Shown: positions 9,624 to 20,010, counted from the first letter of the stretch. The stretch: 64,000 nucleotides of DNA from a virus (IMGVR_UViG_3300009873_000007:9693-73692), one strand, 5' to 3'. Notes: generated by a model not told the origin, from the sequence alone. Translations and numbers: made by a program.

Positions 9624-10114
9624 TGGCTACTCGTTTTGTCGGTACTCCATTTGGTGCAGAGTTTCCAGCGTCGAATTTTCCGCAATTGACGCTGGTCAAC
9701 CGGCGGCCAGTGCTTGCTTTCGATGCTTCAACCGACGAAACGGCCTACTGGACGTTCGTTGCGCCGCAGGGATTGACCGGCACGATTACGTTGGTGATCA
9801 CCTACATGATGGCATCGGCCACTAGCGGTACAGTTGGGCTTCAGGCACAACTAGAGGCGGTTACGGATGGTGATGCGACCGACCTAGACAATACCACGTC
9901 ATTTGACAGCGTGAACAATTCGGCCAGCACCACGGTTCCAGGCACGGCGGGCCACATCGATCAGATTTCAATCACACTTACAAACAGTGATTCGTTGGCC
10001 GCTGGTGATTATGTGCGCCTGAGCGTCAACCGCGATGCCGATGGTTCGGCTATTACTGATAGCGCCACTGGCGATCTCTATTTGTTGACTGTCGAACTGC
10101 GGGATGCAGCTTAA
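9623..10114 (+). CDS. Putative virion beta-sandwich protein
   Basis: Beta-rich Thr/Ala/Asp composition, LAFDASTDETAYW motif; late operon position. Confidence 0.6.
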   Translation: MATRFVGTPFGAEFPASNFPQLTLVNRRPVLAFDASTDETAYWTFVAPQGLTGTITLVITYMMASATSGTVGLQAQLEAVTDGDATDLDNTTSFDSVNNSASTTVPGTAGHIDQISITLTNSDSLAAGDYVRLSVNRDADGSAITDSATGDLYLLTVELRDAA

Positions 10115-10261
10115 ACAGTCGTGAGGATTATCAGATTCCAAAATTTCTTCTAACTGGCGAAGGCATAAAACACACACGCCATCATCATTGAAACGGTGTT
10201 CGATGCCTTCGATTAGCGGGCCGATAAATGGCATTTGTCGCATTTGTTCGTAATTAGTCAT
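9968..10261 (-). CDS. Small antisense ORF (moron-like) with own promoter
   Basis: AAAAGGAG RBS and extended -10 ATGCTATACT (10282-10291, minus); 3' half overlaps the upstream gene. Confidence 0.4.
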   Translation of the reverse strand: MTNYEQMRQMPFIGPLIEGIEHRFNDDGVCVLCLRQLEEILESDNPHDCLSCIPQFDSQQIEIASGAISNSRTIGIAVDAQAHIITSGQRITVCKCD

Positions 10262-10338
10262 ATTTGCTCCTTTTGGATGCAAGTATAGCATAAAAACATC
10301 TTTATCTGTGTTGCAATTTGTTAACAAATCGGTGATCT

Positions 10339-12729
10339 GTGAGTGTACGATTTGATGCGTCAGGAGATAATTTAGCACTAGCAAGCGCACCATCTGGCGA
10401 CTTCGCCATCATGGGTTGGTTTTACATCAGTGTGGATCGCAATGACTATTCCACAATGATGTATATGGGGCCAACCACCAACAATTTTGCACAAACATTT
10501 TGGGTTGGCACAGGCTCGGATGGGGTAACGCTAGAGGTATTTTCGCTCCAAAATTCAACGCCACGATTTACCGCTGCCACACTATCGACGGCAACGTGGT
10601 ATCACCTGGCGCTAGTCGGCAACACCGGATCAGGCCAGACGCTAACGCTCTATGTCAACGGCGCATCGAGTGGAAGCGGAACAAGCGGCGCAGGCACATA
10701 CAACGCCGGCCAAACGAAATTCGGCGCTGACAACGAAGGCACAACCGAGCCGTTCAATGGCCGAGCGGCGTACATTAAAATTTTTAATTCGGCGCTGACC
10801 ATCACCGATGTGCAAGCCGAGATGAACACCATCCGGCCACATCGGGCGACCTGGGCATGGCTGCCGGTTTTCCCTGGCGCAACAGAACGGGCCAGAGATT
10901 ACAGCGGCAATGGTCGCAATTTCACCGAAAACGGCACGCTGACGGACGAGGCAGAGCCGCCAGTTTCACATGGCGGGCAGACGTGGTTTCTGCCATTCTA
11001 TGTGGCGACGGGTGGCGATTTATCGGTATCGGTCAGCGACTCTATCACAGTAAGCGAGTCGGTATCTCGCCTGCTTGAATCGTACATTAACAAATCAGAG
11101 AGTATTGAAGTTACCGAAGCGGTATCGGCGGAACTGATCCACCTGGCATCGGTGAGCGATAGCGTTGCTGTCGCAGAGTCGGTGACTGTGGATGTACCGT
11201 TGACCGTATCGGTTAGTGAATCGGTGACGGTGGCTGAGTCGATTATCCGGCATGTTGAATCCTACATCAGTGTAGCCGATTCTGCCACGGTCACAGACAC
11301 GCCAGCATTGACGCTAATCCATCTGGTAAGCGTGGCTGATAGTGTGGAGGTCAGCGAGTCGGCTAGTGCGTTGCTCGTCTCCGATGTCAGTGTCACCGAT
11401 GGTATTACGGTTGCAGAGACAGTCACCCGGCATCTGGAATCGTATGTCAGCGTCAGCGAGTCGGTTAATGTTGCTGAGTCAATCGAGCGGCTAGTAGAGT
11501 CCTACATCGGCGTAGCTGATAGCGCATCGGTCGCTGAGGCTGTTAGCGCCACATTGATTCATCTGGTCAGCGTTGAGGATACTGTCAGTGTTGCTGAGGT
11601 TATCACACGGCTACTAGAATCCTACATCAACGTTAGCGATTCTATTACCGTTGGTGAGTCGGTATCACTATCGATTGTATCGGCGGGCGATCTGACTGTC
11701 AGTGTCAGCGATGAAATTGCGGTAGCCGAAGCGGTATCACGGTTAGTCGAATCATACATCAATGCCAGCGACGCGATAGAAGTCACTGAGACGATTAGCC
11801 GAACGCTGATCAGTGATGTATCGGTAGCCGATAGCATCACGGCTGATGAAACAGTAGCAGCAATCTTGGTGCATCTACCGAGTGTGGCAGATAGCATCAC
11901 GGTTGATGAATCGCTATCGCTGGACGTGCCAGTATCGGTATCCGTTGCCGATGCTATCACCGCTAGCGAATCTATCACTGTTGCCGTGTTGGATAGCGGT
12001 ACACTGGCGATTAACGTATCTGACTCCGTAGCGGTCGCTGAGGCGGCTACAGTCAGTTTCGATGCCGAGATCGCAGTAAGTGACAGTGTAGCGGTTTCTG
12101 AAGCGTCTAGCGCCGTTCTGGTGAGTTTAGTCAGTGTCGCAGATTCTATCGCCGTCGCTGAGTCGATTGTCGTCGCCACGCTGATTGACATGGTGGCCGC
12201 CGACGCTATCACGGTCGCTGAATCAACCACACTGACGATTGATACTGAGATCGTAGCGGCGGAATCAATCACGGTCGCAGAATCCACATCGGCGCTCGTT
12301 GAATCACTCGTCAGCGTTGCAGACAGCATCACAGTAGCCGAGTCTGTGGAAGTCGCTACATCGCTGGCTGTGGCTGTCAGCGAAGCGATTACGGTCAGCG
12401 AGTCAATTACGCTAGTCGTTGTGGTGGAAACAGCGGTTAGTGACTCGGTAACGGTTAGTGAAGCGGTCGCTATCACTGTTGGCGCTGCGGGCCAGATTGA
12501 GATCAGCGTCAGTGAGTCAATCACGGTCACCGAGTCTGTAACGGTACTGCTACCTGACCCGCTGGCGATCAGCGCCAGTGATGCAATCACCGTGAGTGAG
12601 TTAGTAACGGCGTTCATTTTGGGCGCTGTCCTAATAGATGTCACATTGTCTGATAGTGCGGTCACCAGGCTATCACTATCCGATTCAGTTGTCACAAGGT
12701 TAGTTTTGTCAGACAGTTCTAGATCATAG
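10339..12729 (+). CDS. LamG-like lectin domain plus long Ser/Val/acidic 20-aa repeat stalk (putative fibre)
   Basis: FAIMGWF, TWYHLALV, LTLYVNG, FNG....IKIFNSALT LamG pattern; more than 20 SVSDSITVSES-type repeats. Confidence 0.75.
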   Translation: MSVRFDASGDNLALASAPSGDFAIMGWFYISVDRNDYSTMMYMGPTTNNFAQTFWVGTGSDGVTLEVFSLQNSTPRFTAATLSTATWYHLALVGNTGSGQTLTLYVNGASSGSGTSGAGTYNAGQTKFGADNEGTTEPFNGRAAYIKIFNSALTITDVQAEMNTIRPHRATWAWLPVFPGATERARDYSGNGRNFTENGTLTDEAEPPVSHGGQTWFLPFYVATGGDLSVSVSDSITVSESVSRLLESYINKSESIEVTEAVSAELIHLASVSDSVAVAESVTVDVPLTVSVSESVTVAESIIRHVESYISVADSATVTDTPALTLIHLVSVADSVEVSESASALLVSDVSVTDGITVAETVTRHLESYVSVSESVNVAESIERLVESYIGVADSASVAEAVSATLIHLVSVEDTVSVAEVITRLLESYINVSDSITVGESVSLSIVSAGDLTVSVSDEIAVAEAVSRLVESYINASDAIEVTETISRTLISDVSVADSITADETVAAILVHLPSVADSITVDESLSLDVPVSVSVADAITASESITVAVLDSGTLAINVSDSVAVAEAATVSFDAEIAVSDSVAVSEASSAVLVSLVSVADSIAVAESIVVATLIDMVAADAITVAESTTLTIDTEIVAAESITVAESTSALVESLVSVADSITVAESVEVATSLAVAVSEAITVSESITLVVVVETAVSDSVTVSEAVAITVGAAGQIEISVSESITVTESVTVLLPDPLAISASDAITVSELVTAFILGAVLIDVTLSDSAVTRLSLSDSVVTRLVLSDSSRS

Positions 12730-12740
12730 GAGTTTCAACA

Positions 12741-13253
12741 ATGAGTTACGCAACACTTGAGCAGGCGATTGCGGCGAAGTCCAATGTTCCTGCGGAACCG
12801 GTTAAAATCCGTGGTTTCTTCCGCGTGCAGATCGATCAGAGCGGCGAGATCGTCGGGGATTCCGGTTGGAAAGAAAACCAGGTGGTCAACCTGGGATTCA
12901 ATCAGTATTTGGTCAGCACGTTGGGTGCTATCGCTGGTAGTAAGCAAGTCTCGCATATGGTGCTCGGCACTGGCGGTGCTCCTGCGGCTGGTGATACTAC
13001 CCTGGCCGGCGAAGTCGAGAAACGAGCGGCTGTGACCGCTGCCACGTCCAGCACGAGCAAGGCTGTGCAATTCACCGCTACCTTTGCCAGCGCCAACAGT
13101 TTTGTGACCAACACGCAAAACATCAGCAACATTGCCCTGGCGCACACTAGCACGAAGGATGCTGCGACGATCTTCGCCGGCAATACTTTTGCGTCAAGCG
13201 CCGTGGCTACGAATCAGAGCGTTAACGCCACTTATGTTGTGAGTTTTACGTAA
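12741..13253 (+). CDS. Tail-collar/fibre-base-like protein
   Basis: NQVVNLG...HMVLGTGGAPAAGDTTLAGEV pattern; similar to 31889-32521. Confidence 0.6.
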   Translation: MSYATLEQAIAAKSNVPAEPVKIRGFFRVQIDQSGEIVGDSGWKENQVVNLGFNQYLVSTLGAIAGSKQVSHMVLGTGGAPAAGDTTLAGEVEKRAAVTAATSSTSKAVQFTATFASANSFVTNTQNISNIALAHTSTKDAATIFAGNTFASSAVATNQSVNATYVVSFT

Positions 13254-13311
13254 TAATCAACATAAATTGCAGAATCACATCAGGGCTGTATAGCCGTCAG
13301 ATGAGAGGTTT

Positions 13312-13926
13312 ATGAAAGACATTCAAGAATTGTTAGCCAGTCGAAGCGGCATCCGCTTAGACATCGGCGGGGGTGCAAATCCGCAGCCCGGCTTCGTTAA
13401 TCTCGATGTGAGAGATTTACCGACTGTGGATATTTGCTGGGACGCCAGGCGTATGCCGTGGCCGTTGCCAGATGAATCGGTGCTATGTGCGGTCGCTAGT
13501 CATCTCGTGGAGCATATTAGCCCGGATGCTGGCGACCATCGCATCGAATTGTTGGTGAATCTGTTAGTTAGCAAGGGTTTGCTATCGGCGGATGAAGTCA
13601 ATGAGCATCTAGGCGAAGTGGAATCAAAGCCAAGATTCATTCGATTCATGGATGAGGTGTGGAGGGTGCTAAAGCCGGGTGGTGAGTTTGCGATCTCCTG
13701 CCCTCATGCGTTTAGTGTGGGCCAGTCGCAAGACCCAACGCATGTCAATCCGGTGAATGAGATCACATGGGCCTATTTCGATCCATTTGAGTCGAATACT
13801 GGCGGGCTTTTGTGGCGTATTTATCGACCCATGCCCTATCGAATTAAGTACATCGCATTCGATCCATCGGCCAACATGGAAGTTGTTTTGGTGAAACGCT
13901 CATTGTCGGAGGTTGCCAATGTCTAA
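13312..13926 (+). CDS. Class I SAM-dependent methyltransferase
   Basis: RLDIGGG, FVNLD, SHLVEH, MDEVWRVLKPGG, DPTH motifs. Confidence 0.9.
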   Translation: MKDIQELLASRSGIRLDIGGGANPQPGFVNLDVRDLPTVDICWDARRMPWPLPDESVLCAVASHLVEHISPDAGDHRIELLVNLLVSKGLLSADEVNEHLGEVESKPRFIRFMDEVWRVLKPGGEFAISCPHAFSVGQSQDPTHVNPVNEITWAYFDPFESNTGGLLWRIYRPMPYRIKYIAFDPSANMEVVLVKRSLSEVANV

Positions 13927-14698
13927 CGGTATCCAAGATTCTGGCAACTCCGGCTATGTCAATCGGTTTCTGATTGCGACCGCCACTACCGGTAACGTGC
14001 GTATCGAGTGGGTCGCTGCACGCTACAATCAGACGATCCCGGCAAACTGGTCAATGGTGCAGATGAACCAGTTTATGAACTCGTATTACCCGCTGCGTTA
14101 TCAGGTGGCGGATGCACAAAACCTAATCGCAAGAGAATGCGTCAGAGGTGACTTCGAGTGGTTATTTTTGCTTGAACATGACGTGATTCTGCCATCTGAG
14201 GCGTTCGTTGTACTTCAGGAGTACATGCGAGAAAAGCGGTATCCTGTGGTTAGTGGGCTGTACTTCACTCGCTCACATCCATCGGAACCGGTGCTGTATC
14301 GTGGCCGGGGCAATAGCTACTATGCCGACTGGAAGATGGGCGATAAGGTGTGGTGCGATGGTGTGCCTACGGGTTGCTTGCTGATTCACGGTAGTCTCAT
14401 CAAAGCCATGTGGGACGAATCAGAAGAATACCGGCTTGGTGACATTGTGACAAGGCGAGTATTTGACACGCCACGCCATGCCTGGAGCGATCCTGAGACC
14501 GGCGCATTCAACACGAGTAGTGGCACATCCGATCTGGAATGGTGTAGCCGGGTGATGCAGGGCAACTTCTTTGCCAAAGCAGGCTGGCCGGAATATCAAA
14601 ATATGCGATGGCCGTTTCTTGTTGATACCGCAAAACTTTTTTGCCGCCACATCAACCCAAACGGTGAACAATTCCCGCCAGCGGGTACGAGGTGGTGA
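13919..14698 (+). CDS. GT-A fold (GT2-like) glycosyltransferase
   Basis: ARECVRGDFEWLFLLEHDVIL, PVVSGLY, GVPTGCLLIH, SDLEWC motifs. Confidence 0.85.
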   Translation: MSNGIQDSGNSGYVNRFLIATATTGNVRIEWVAARYNQTIPANWSMVQMNQFMNSYYPLRYQVADAQNLIARECVRGDFEWLFLLEHDVILPSEAFVVLQEYMREKRYPVVSGLYFTRSHPSEPVLYRGRGNSYYADWKMGDKVWCDGVPTGCLLIHGSLIKAMWDESEEYRLGDIVTRRVFDTPRHAWSDPETGAFNTSSGTSDLEWCSRVMQGNFFAKAGWPEYQNMRWPFLVDTAKLFCRHINPNGEQFPPAGTRW

Positions 14699-14701
14699 CA
14701 A

Positions 14702-15091
14702 ATGATTCAATGGGGCCATGAGGATTCCAAGACGGTTGCCACCGGTAAATTCTATGTCACTGGCGGTACAGGCACTATCTACACCTCTGATGGTGTATCT
14801 ATCGGGTCGTGTACGGTGAACGATAATGGCTGGAAAATCAGCACGAATGAACTTTCGATAGGCTACAGCGGAGGCAACATGCGAGGATTGTACAAGGCAT
14901 ACATTGTGACGGCGGACGATGAGATCATCGAAGTTGAACCGTTCCTGTCTTACAAGGACAAGGCTGAAACAAAAGCATTGCTGAAATCCGGCTTGTTGAC
15001 CGCCGATAATGCTGATGACGTTGACGATTTCACCGTGATTCTGCAACGCCTCGGTGATGCGCCAGAGCATGATGAGGATGATAACGAGTGA
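14702..15091 (+). CDS. Hypothetical protein
   Basis: 129-aa ORF in operon. Confidence 0.65.
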   Translation: MIQWGHEDSKTVATGKFYVTGGTGTIYTSDGVSIGSCTVNDNGWKISTNELSIGYSGGNMRGLYKAYIVTADDEIIEVEPFLSYKDKAETKALLKSGLLTADNADDVDDFTVILQRLGDAPEHDEDDNE

Positions 15092-15303
15092 CCAACGTTA
15101 CTGTTTTCATCACCATCACTGGCGATGCCACCATTGATCGTGTTGCTATCCACGCACAGGGCGTCGATTATCATGCGGTCGATTGCGCCAGAGTGAATGA
15201 CCTACATCGTTACACATTTCGCCTACCGCTGATTGAGGATACCACACCGACGATTGCTGTTAGCGTTACCGATGGCATTGCCACAGGAGAGCGACTTGGC
15301 TAA
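15088..15303 (+). CDS. Hypothetical protein
   Basis: GTGA overlap with upstream stop. Confidence 0.5.
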   Translation: MTNVTVFITITGDATIDRVAIHAQGVDYHAVDCARVNDLHRYTFRLPLIEDTTPTIAVSVTDGIATGERLG

Positions 15304-15604
15304 CTTTGTTGCAAACACCTACGATATAGGCGATGTGGTCAGATGTAGGGCGATCTTCACTGACGCCGATAGTGTGGCTGTTGATCCCGCTGCTGTCGTG
15401 TTCAAATTCAAAGCGCCAGGATCGGCTATCGTCACCTATACGTATGGCGTTGATGGTCAACTACTCAAGACCTCCACAGGCATCTATTACGTTGACCTGA
15501 CGATTGCCGCCGCCGGTACATATCGCTATCGGTTTGCTGCGACCGGCAGCGGTACGAGTGCCGGCGAGAAAACGTTTGTGGTGAGTGAGAGTGCGTTTGT
15601 GTAG
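15272..15604 (+). CDS. Ig-like virion adaptor protein
   Basis: YDIGD...FTDAD..AVDP...STGIYYVDLTIAAAGTYRYRF pattern. Confidence 0.6.
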   Translation: MALPQESDLANFVANTYDIGDVVRCRAIFTDADSVAVDPAAVVFKFKAPGSAIVTYTYGVDGQLLKTSTGIYYVDLTIAAAGTYRYRFAATGSGTSAGEKTFVVSESAFV

Positions 15605-15606
15605 CT

Positions 15607-16152
15607 ATGTTAAGCCTGAAGCATCAGCAGTTTGTAAATGAATACTTAAAATGCTGGAATGCAACCGAGGCATATCAACGGGTTTATCAGCGCGCAAGTT
15701 ATGATACTGCCAGAGCGAACGCTGCAACATTACTAGCAGATACTAACATCTCTGAAGTGATCCGAAAACGCATCGAAGAAAACGCTATGTCTGCTGATGA
15801 GGTATTGAAGCGACTAGGCGAGCAGGCACGAGGCAGTATCGGTGATTTTGTTAGTATCAAAGACGGTTTACCGTTTGTTGACTTCAGCTTGGCGCAAGAC
15901 AAGATACACTTGGTTAAAAAGCTGAAAACTAAAACCAAGACATACACGCTGAAGGGTGATGAGGATAAATCAATCACCGAAACCGATGTGGAGTTTGAAT
16001 TGTATGATGCACAATCGGCGCTAGTGCATCTTGGCAAGCATCACGGTTTATTTGTGGATAAACAAGAAGTAACCGGGGCAAACGGCGAACCGATGCGGAT
16101 GCGAGTTGAGTACGTAAATAACTGGCGTGCGTCATCTGATGAAAACAATTAG
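15607..16152 (+). CDS. terS: Terminase small subunit
   Basis: KHQQFVNEYLKCWNATEAY..A, SADEVLKRL, LYDAQSAL..LGKH..LF motifs. Confidence 0.93.
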   Translation: MLSLKHQQFVNEYLKCWNATEAYQRVYQRASYDTARANAATLLADTNISEVIRKRIEENAMSADEVLKRLGEQARGSIGDFVSIKDGLPFVDFSLAQDKIHLVKKLKTKTKTYTLKGDEDKSITETDVEFELYDAQSALVHLGKHHGLFVDKQEVTGANGEPMRMRVEYVNNWRASSDENN

Positions 16153-17428
16153 ATTGCCATATCCGCACACCGGTCAACAGATTGTGCGCCAACAGGCGAA
16201 GCGATTCAATTTTCTTAGTGGAGGCCGTCGCTGGCGCAAAACTACACTCGTCATGTCAATCGCCGTGGAAAGTGCCATCAAAAACCGTCGCATTATCTGG
16301 GGTGCGCCAACATACCAACAGGTACGGATTGGATTCAATGAAACGTACAAGGCGGCGGGCGGCATTGCTGATTTCAATCAATCACGCATGGAGGTTGTCT
16401 TTCCTACCGGTGGTTCTATCCTCTATCGTAGCCTTGATGATCCTGATAATGCTCGTGGTGAAACCGCCGATGGTGTGGTAATTGATGAGGTAGCAGACGT
16501 AAAACCGGCGGCATGGTATGAGGTGCTGCGACCGATGTTGATTGATACCGGCGGGTGGCTGTGGGCGATAGGCACGCCAAAAGGACGCAACTGGTTCTTT
16601 CAGGAGCATACCGGCGCATTTAACCGTGATGATTCAATGGCATGGCAAGCACCGACCGTGGGCGCAGTGATTGAGAATGGCGTGTTGGTGCGTAAGCCAC
16701 ATCCATTAGAAAATCCACATATCCCGTTTGGTGAGATTGTTAGCTTGCATCAAACAATGACGGAACGGGCATTTCGACAGGAAGTGATGTCAGAGTTCCT
16801 CGAAGGGGAGGGAAGCGTCTTCCGAAACATCTATGCCTGTATGAATGCACCAGTATCGACACCGGAAGATCACAGAGGCCATCGCATTGTGGCCGGCTGT
16901 GACTGGGGCAAGCAGAATGATTACACTGCAATCTCGTTTGGGTGTGTTACTTGCCGCCAAGAGGTTGACAGAGATCGATTCAACAAGATTGACTATATGT
17001 TTCAGGCGCAACGGCTTCGTGCTATGTGCGAGAAATGGCGACCTGCCAGCATCCTGGCAGAACGCAATAGCATCGGTGAACCGGTGATTGAACAACTTGT
17101 TCGCATGGGCATGCCGATGGCACGAGGCGCTGATGAACAGTTTGGTTTTCTGACCACAGCGACAACCAAGCCGCCATTGATTGAGAATCTAGCGTTGACG
17201 CTGGAAAAAACAGAATGGCAGTTTCAAGCCGATCCTGTATGGACGGCGGAACTCGAAGCCTACGAACGTGAGGTATCGACTTCCACAGGGCGAAGCACAT
17301 ACGGTGCGCCGGAAGGCGGCCATGATGATACGGTTGTCGCTAGGGCGCTTATGGTGTGGCAAGCAACCAACATGGCGTCAGGTATGCCGCTAGTGATGGG
17401 TAGAGTTAAAGGTTGGAATCCAAGATGA
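16139..17428 (+). CDS. terL: Terminase large subunit
   Basis: GRRWRKT Walker A-like, IDEVA Walker B, GTPKG, DWGKQND nuclease Asp, HDDTVVARAL. Confidence 0.93.
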   Translation: MKTIRLPYPHTGQQIVRQQAKRFNFLSGGRRWRKTTLVMSIAVESAIKNRRIIWGAPTYQQVRIGFNETYKAAGGIADFNQSRMEVVFPTGGSILYRSLDDPDNARGETADGVVIDEVADVKPAAWYEVLRPMLIDTGGWLWAIGTPKGRNWFFQEHTGAFNRDDSMAWQAPTVGAVIENGVLVRKPHPLENPHIPFGEIVSLHQTMTERAFRQEVMSEFLEGEGSVFRNIYACMNAPVSTPEDHRGHRIVAGCDWGKQNDYTAISFGCVTCRQEVDRDRFNKIDYMFQAQRLRAMCEKWRPASILAERNSIGEPVIEQLVRMGMPMARGADEQFGFLTTATTKPPLIENLALTLEKTEWQFQADPVWTAELEAYEREVSTSTGRSTYGAPEGGHDDTVVARALMVWQATNMASGMPLVMGRVKGWNPR

Positions 17429-18966
17429 GATGGTACGAACGATGGTACAACCGTATATTTCCACGAGCCACACCGCCAGCGCCGCAAGCCGCTAATGTGT
17501 TGCGCCGCTTGCCGGGTGGTCGTACAAGTCGAGATACAGACAACTCATTCCTCACTCGCAACTGGGTTGTAGAGCCGCCACCTGATTATGATAGCAATTG
17601 GCGACTGATTAACCTCGATACTCGTTACCTTGACCGGCTATCCCCAACAGAGTTGATTGATCTCCTGGCTGATTTCTCACCAGAGGTTAGCAAGGCACTG
17701 TGGGATTTCCTACGACTCTGCAATCCCGGTTGGGAGTTTCAGGCTGTGGGCGACGATGGGGAGACACAAGACGAGCGGGGCCAGGAGGCAACGCAATTGT
17801 TTCTCGATACGCTTGCTGATCTCTATGGCTCTACCGATGTCGTGTGGGGAAAACTCTTTTTCGGTGCGTTTTCTCGTGGGGCATTGTGCGCAGAGTTGGT
17901 ACTAGATCGTCGTGGACGTGTACCGATTGACTTTGCCACACCCGACCCATACAGCATTCGCCATCGTCGTAAGAGTGACCCTGTTCGTGGTGAAATCTGG
18001 CAAGCGGGGCAATGGCAAGGCAACAATTTCATGCCGCTAGACATTCCCACGTTTCGCTATGTACCGATTGACCCTGGCTTTGGCGCTCCATACGGGCGAC
18101 CGTTGGTGATGCCAGCATTATTTACGACGTTATTTTTGCTAGGGATGCTGCATGACCTGAAACGTGTTATTCAGCAGCAAGGCTATCCACGGCTCGATAT
18201 TTCTATCGATACTGAACGCATGGCGACCATCAATCCTGCGATGGCAAGCGATTCAGCGGCGTTCAACACTTGGGCCAACGACATTGTTTCTCAAGTGACA
18301 GCGGCACTCGCACAACTTGACCCCGATGATACGTTCGTCCACACAGACCTATTGACCGTCAATCGGCCTGTGGGAACCGCCGATAGTGGTTCGTTAGGTG
18401 GCATTGATGCTGTTATCAAAATGCTCGAACGCATGGCGGTGCGGGCGCTGAAAACAATGCCATTGATGTTGGGCATCACGGAAACAACTGGCGATGTGCA
18501 GAGCAACCGCCAATTTGAAATCTTCGCCGCCGGTATCAAGAGCATCCAACATTACGCTGAGACGATGATCGGGCGACTGTTGACGCTCGGACTTGAGGCG
18601 CAAGGCATCCAGGCCAAAGTGATATTCACGTTTGCTGAGGTGCGGGCCAGCGAAGCCCTTCGAGACGCTCAGACCGAAGCCATGCAGATCGCCAACGCTG
18701 AAGCGAAATACAAAGCCGGTTGGGTCAGTCAGGACGAAGCATCTGAGGAAATTACCGGCCATCCGGCAGACGCACCAGAGCCGAGATTGTTTGGCTTCGA
18801 TAATCCTGCAATGGTGCAAGGTGATGGCGACGGGCAGGAACAAATGGATGATGAAACCGACGAGGCCGCTAACCGTGTGTTGTACCTGAATGAGATTCGA
18901 GCGGCACGTAATGATGTGGCGACGATGTTGGAGAGAATTGCGCTTAATGGCTATCACCCTGCCTGA
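17425..18966 (+). CDS. Portal protein
   Basis: About 510 aa directly after terL; PYGRP motif; acidic C-terminal tail. Confidence 0.85.
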   Translation: MRWYERWYNRIFPRATPPAPQAANVLRRLPGGRTSRDTDNSFLTRNWVVEPPPDYDSNWRLINLDTRYLDRLSPTELIDLLADFSPEVSKALWDFLRLCNPGWEFQAVGDDGETQDERGQEATQLFLDTLADLYGSTDVVWGKLFFGAFSRGALCAELVLDRRGRVPIDFATPDPYSIRHRRKSDPVRGEIWQAGQWQGNNFMPLDIPTFRYVPIDPGFGAPYGRPLVMPALFTTLFLLGMLHDLKRVIQQQGYPRLDISIDTERMATINPAMASDSAAFNTWANDIVSQVTAALAQLDPDDTFVHTDLLTVNRPVGTADSGSLGGIDAVIKMLERMAVRALKTMPLMLGITETTGDVQSNRQFEIFAAGIKSIQHYAETMIGRLLTLGLEAQGIQAKVIFTFAEVRASEALRDAQTEAMQIANAEAKYKAGWVSQDEASEEITGHPADAPEPRLFGFDNPAMVQGDGDGQEQMDDETDEAANRVLYLNEIRAARNDVATMLERIALNGYHPA

Positions 18967-19771
18967 CGCCGCTTTTGCCGCCGGCCTAACCCGCCTCCAC
19001 AGTGCGCTATCCGCTCTGCTGGCTGTGGAGGTACGCCAGCTTGACGAGTTGACGCCGGAAGAAATCGCACTAGAAACGCAGTGGATTGCAGAGCTTGACC
19101 CGGTATTGACCGATCTCTACTGGTGGCCGCTGCGCAATGGTGTACAGGAAGCGCCAGAGGATGAAGATAGCCTGAAGGAATGGCTACTAGCGGCATTCCT
19201 GCTAGGCGGTACTTCCACACTTCGTAACCTGCTGAGTCGCAATCAGCGACGGGGCGCAAACATCGGTGGGCGTGTGGGCCTGGAGTTGATGGGCATCGGC
19301 GGCGGATTTAGCTTACAGAATCGTGACTATCTGGACATTATCGATGCTCACGCTGCACAACTGACCACGCCGGGTGGTGACATGAGTCTGATTGACACAA
19401 CAATCAATCATTTGACTGTGGGAATCCCGCTAGCACGAGCCAACGAAGGTAACACCGTGCAGATGCTACAACGGATGATTGCCGGATGGGTAGCAGTGCG
19501 GGCGGTGAACATTACAGTCACTGAGTTATCACGGTCATTTGCACGTGGTTTGAACTGGGTATACCGGCGCAACAATGTAGCACAGCAGATATTTCAAACT
19601 AGGCAAGATGATAGGGTTTGCCGTCTATGTTTGCCGCTGCATGGCCGTATTATGCCGGTGAACAATATTCCGCTCGAATTGCTTGTTCCTATCCATGCCG
19701 GTTGCCGGTGTGGATATGTCCCGTACACTGAAGGATGGTCGCAACCTGAGCAGATTTGGCGAGGTGAGTAA
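18947..19771 (+). CDS. Head morphogenesis protein (SPP1 gp7/Mu gpF-like)
   Basis: DDRVCRLC..LHG...PIHAGCRC after portal. Confidence 0.85.
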   Translation: MAITLPDAAFAAGLTRLHSALSALLAVEVRQLDELTPEEIALETQWIAELDPVLTDLYWWPLRNGVQEAPEDEDSLKEWLLAAFLLGGTSTLRNLLSRNQRRGANIGGRVGLELMGIGGGFSLQNRDYLDIIDAHAAQLTTPGGDMSLIDTTINHLTVGIPLARANEGNTVQMLQRMIAGWVAVRAVNITVTELSRSFARGLNWVYRRNNVAQQIFQTRQDDRVCRLCLPLHGRIMPVNNIPLELLVPIHAGCRCGYVPYTEGWSQPEQIWRGE

Positions 19772-20010
19772 TGCAATGGACTACGGAAACACCAACGCAG
19801 AATGGTATGTACTGCGCTAGACTTGTAACCAGTGGTGGCGATTATTTATATGTTGTTCATATCGTGCATATGGATGGTCAAATCTACGCAATTGACACAA
19901 ACAAACGCATGTTTTCGCTTAATTCATTTTCGGCTTGGCTAGGGCCACTGCCGCCTGAATCGCAACCGGGCAACAAACCACCTAATCCACGCCATGCGCA
20001 GCCGCTATAG
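19771..20010 (+). CDS. Hypothetical protein
   Basis: TAATG overlap; WTTETPTQNGMY motif. Confidence 0.55.
   Translation: MQWTTETPTQNGMYCARLVTSGGDYLYVVHIVHMDGQIYAIDTNKRMFSLNSFSAWLGPLPPESQPGNKPPNPRHAQPL

Noticed and set aside
11622-12695. 357-aa antisense ORF and many other long shadow ORFs (e.g. 23896-24699 +, 35081-35620 -)
   Set aside because: They are antisense to well-supported genes and arise from repeat or codon structure; no RBS or motifs
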